Source of the DNA: an uncultured Pseudomonadota bacterium | GTDB lineage: Bacteria > Oederibacteriota > Muellerivitia > Muellerivitales > Muellerivitaceae | NCBI GenBank assembly: GCA_963843375.1 | Contig: CAWJKT010000009.1 | Coordinates: 96,001-160,000, forward strand | Reading direction: 5' to 3' | DNA: 64,000 bases | Part shown: in pieces, positions 62,826-64,000 of the stretch | Layout: each line of letters begins with the position of its first letter | Position numbering within the stretch: the stretch's first letter is position 1 | Notes under the pieces: generated by a model | Seen by the model: only the letters and a program-made list of their open reading frames with translations | Databases searched by the model: none | What the model was told of the DNA's origin: nothing | Position numbers and translations under genes: made by a program

Positions 62826-63899
62826 ATGGTTTTTGGGACAAATCCAGAAGCGGATGCGAAAGAGTTTGAAGGTGTTTTGAAAAAGGGGCTAACTCTTTTG
62901 ACGGGCGATGCTGAGGCGAATGTTAAACACTTCATGGGTGAAAGTTCCTCGAATTTTGAGGAGATGGTTTATGAAGCCTTAAAAAAATCGGCCATTGGCA
63001 CCAATTTTGAAAACTACATTGAAATGGTTACAGGACATAAATTTCCAGACATTGTGTTTAACAATCGCTTTTACGGTGTTGAGGTTAAAAGCTTAAAACA
63101 CGATGGATGGAGTACCTTTGGTAATAGTATTTTTGAGAGCACCAGAGTCAAAAATATAGATCGTATCTATATTTTGGCGGGTAGATTGTCTGACCCGATT
63201 GAGTTTCGCTATAAAAAATACGAAGAATGTATCGACGACATTCAAATAACTCACTCACCTCGTTATCACATTGATATGGATGTAAAAGCAAAAGACACGA
63301 TTTTTACCAAAATTGGCCAAACCTATGACGAGTTTCGGAAATTAGAAAACCCACTTGGCCCATTGCGTGAATATTACAGGTCAAAACTAAAACCCGGAGA
63401 AGGTTTGTGGTGGCTTGAAAACGATGTGGAGAAAATTGGCAACAATAATTTAGTTGTGAAGGTTCTGAATGATTTGCCAGACGATGAACGAGAAGAAATA
63501 ATGATTGAAGGATTCGCGAGGTTTCCAAAACTTCTAAGCACTGACCAAAGTCGATATAAGAAATTCGCGACATGGTTAATTGTTGAGCATGGGCTTGTCT
63601 CGCACAATGTTAGGGACTTTTTTACAGCGGGCGGCCAAGAAGAAATCAAAGTAGGGGGCAAAACATATTTTGAAGTACCTCAAATTTTTTGGAGTCTGCA
63701 AGGTCGTATTAAGAAAATAAAAAAAGAAGTTGAGAAATTAAAACCGATCACCATTGTTGAAAATTGGGAAATTGAGGATAAATACAACCCGAAGAAATTT
63801 GAAACTTGGGTTGATTTAGTTGAAAGCCATTCTAAAAAGAAGTTGGAGAAATGTGGATTGCCGTTACGCAAAATGATTATGGATGAGTTGAAAAAATAA
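62826..63899 (+). CDS. Putative type II restriction endonuclease (PD-(D/E)xK)
   Basis: FPDIV..GVEVKS, THSPRY; directly after the MTase. Confidence 0.65.
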   Translation: MVFGTNPEADAKEFEGVLKKGLTLLTGDAEANVKHFMGESSSNFEEMVYEALKKSAIGTNFENYIEMVTGHKFPDIVFNNRFYGVEVKSLKHDGWSTFGNSIFESTRVKNIDRIYILAGRLSDPIEFRYKKYEECIDDIQITHSPRYHIDMDVKAKDTIFTKIGQTYDEFRKLENPLGPLREYYRSKLKPGEGLWWLENDVEKIGNNNLVVKVLNDLPDDEREEIMIEGFARFPKLLSTDQSRYKKFATWLIVEHGLVSHNVRDFFTAGGQEEIKVGGKTYFEVPQIFWSLQGRIKKIKKEVEKLKPITIVENWEIEDKYNPKKFETWVDLVESHSKKKLEKCGLPLRKMIMDELKK

Positions 63900-64000
63900 A
63901 GGTTGATAGATGCGGACTAAAGAAATTACTTATCGAATAATGTCCGCCATAAAATCAAAAAACACCCGCCCCGAAAAACTGTTTGAAAAAGAATTAAGAA

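Overview
Bacterial accessory region with two halves. Left (1-41.1 kb): cargo blocks separated by nine same-orientation copies of a 28-bp quasi-palindrome, consensus TGTCCACGAYGGG-GA-CCCNTCGTGGACA (13-bp arms around an invariant GA). The blocks are HigA; GNAT; Hsp20/GGDEF/YfdX; a small HhH protein; a 13-kb NirK/RIC/DUF2249 nitrosative-stress cluster; a membrane protein; ackA-xfp-fba plus an N-ATPase operon; chromate/arsenic resistance; and DUF2934. The last site is split by a group II intron whose putative EBS1/EBS2 match the site's left arm, and it ends 36 bp from the stop of a short serine recombinase that has catalytic and recombinase domains but no zinc ribbon. My inference is an integron-like, serine-recombinase gene-cassette array. 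Right (42-64 kb): mobile-element backbone (pRiA4b ORF3-like, structured non-coding DNA, ardC, frameshifted radC, NYN, XRE), a PafB/PafC-like WYL pair followed by three PafBC-type promoter motifs, and a class II DISARM-like locus with an extra endonuclease-like gene. All calls are by eye; no database searches were run.
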